64,000 nucleotides of DNA from assembly GCA_030527165.1 (NCBI GenBank), contig JAUNBH010000003.1, forward strand, positions 20,028 through 84,027, in the 5' to 3' direction. Positions 63,455 to 64,000 of this stretch are shown in pieces. A program made the position numbers and the translations under genes. Origin of the DNA: Clostridia bacterium (GTDB lineage Bacteria; Bacillota; Clostridia; Christensenellales; CAG-138). Below the pieces are notes generated by a model. The model worked only from the letters and a program-made list of their open reading frames with translations. It ran no database searches and was not told the DNA's origin. Numbering within the stretch: the first letter of the stretch is position 1; every line of letters starts with the position of its first letter.

Positions 63455-64000
63455 TTATTTGCGCGTGGGCTTGCCCATTGCGTTTGTGCGCGCGTAGTGG
63501 AATATGTATTGTTGTATAATGCCGGAGTACGCGCCGAGAGAGCTGGCGGCGTCCATTATCTGCCGCCTCGTGACGGAGCTGTTGCAGTCAAAGAACAGCG
63601 CCCTCATGGCGCGGTCTATCCATACGTCGACGGGGAATGCGTCCGCGTGCCCGAGTGAGAACAGCAGCACGCAGTCCGCTACCTTGGGACCTACGCCGGA
63701 GAGCTGTTGCAGAGCGGCACGCGCCTCATTGAGCGGGATGCCGCGCAGCGCCTCCAAGTCGAAGCCGTCCGCGACGGCCTGTGCGGAGCTCTGCACATAG
63801 GGCGCGCGATAGCCCAACCCGATGCCGTACAGCTCCTCCAGCGGCAAGCGCGCTATCGCTTCGGGCGTGGGAAAGGCGTGGCAGTCGGGGTGACAGTCCA
63901 CGTCGTCGCCGGCAAGCGCGCATAGCTTCTCGATGATTGCCGCAATTCGCCGGATGTTGTTGTTGCTGGATATTATGAACGATATCAGCGTCTCAAAGGG
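63455..64000 (-). CDS. ogg: HhH-GPD DNA glycosylase (8-oxoguanine glycosylase-like), 5' end outside the window
   Basis: SGVGPKVADCVLLFSLGHADAFPVDVW is the HhH-GPD motif. My own translation shows the frame stays open upstream of the track start 63901 (…ETLISFIISSNNNIRRIAAIIEKLCALAGDD…) to the window edge. Confidence 0.8.
   Translation of the reverse strand, partial: PFETLISFIISSNNNIRRIAAIIEKLCALAGDDVDCHPDCHAFPTPEAIARLPLEELYGIGLGYRAPYVQSSAQAVADGFDLEALRGIPLNEARAALQQLSGVGPKVADCVLLFSLGHADAFPVDVWIDRAMRALFFDCNSSVTRRQIMDAASSLGAYSGIIQQYIFHYARTNAMGKPTRK

Noticed and set aside
1-64000. Selenocysteine recoding (in-frame TGA plus SECIS), considered because of the selenium-linked gene families.
   Set aside because: All genes in the selenium-associated set are uninterrupted ORFs of the expected length. 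No pair of adjacent same-frame ORFs is split by a single TGA. The Se-dependent Mo hydroxylases use a labile Se cofactor, not Sec.
1-64000. CRISPR arrays, tRNA/rRNA genes, IS elements, integrases, prophage genes or known defence systems.
   Set aside because: None was seen. The intergenic gaps are all 340 nt or shorter and are accounted for by promoters, leaders and terminators. I recognised no transposase, recombinase, nuclease-helicase, TIR, Sir2 or CBASS-like protein. radC is the only gene often associated with mobile DNA, and it has no mobile-element neighbours here.

Overview
The window is a GC-rich, densely packed chromosomal segment. Nearly every gene has a GGAGG-type Shine-Dalgarno, and many operons show ATGA/GTGA start-stop overlaps. 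This style fits a high-GC Firmicutes/Clostridia-like anaerobe, but that assignment is an inference from gene style and content. I support about 62 protein genes. I found no rRNA, tRNA, CRISPR array, transposase/integrase, prophage gene or recognisable defence gene.

Gene content, in order:
- A YgfK-like oxidoreductase plus a 2Fe-2S-fused molybdenum hydroxylase, which is the 'selenium-dependent molybdenum hydroxylase' signature.
- A complete citrate lyase cluster, citDEF-citC-citXG.
- A PG_binding/LysM M14 peptidase, a DUF218 protein and an SDR.
- ecfA1A2T.
- A zinc-ribbon surface protein.
- A double GT2 glycosyltransferase.
- A cyclophilin and a chorismate-mutase fusion.
- The infC-rpmI-rplT operon with its leader.
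- A GH2 glycosidase plus MFS transporter pair, and an M42 peptidase.
- A heterodimeric ABC exporter behind a leader-peptide/attenuator-like region.
- A patatin-like lipase.
- A hydantoinase-mocA-guanine-deaminase-like-DUF1284 operon.
- An M15 lipoprotein.
- A folate-dependent histidine utilisation operon, (DUF2804)-hutH-hutU-ftcD-hutI::cyclodeaminase.
- A YhhN protein, pcp and a 5'-nucleotidase.
- A SPOR gene followed by a five-gene DRTGG / anti-sigma-like ATPase / [FeFe]-hydrogenase-like / DRTGG / PHP module.
- radC, and padR with a DUF1700-DUF4097 gene.
- A Tmk-like kinase, a VanW protein, nrdJ with NrdR boxes, and a truncated ogg-like glycosylase.

The most interesting candidates are:
- The orphan hydrogenase-like putative sensory module at 51919-55104, which has no hydrogenase structural genes nearby.
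- The bmrB-like leader peptide/attenuator upstream of the ABC exporter at 30470-30707.
- The split Se-dependent Mo-hydroxylase/purine gene set at 43-5557 and 35839-39441.
- Two unusual domain fusions: HutI-cyclodeaminase, and chorismate mutase with an unknown domain.

All family assignments come from reading motifs by eye. No database search was run.
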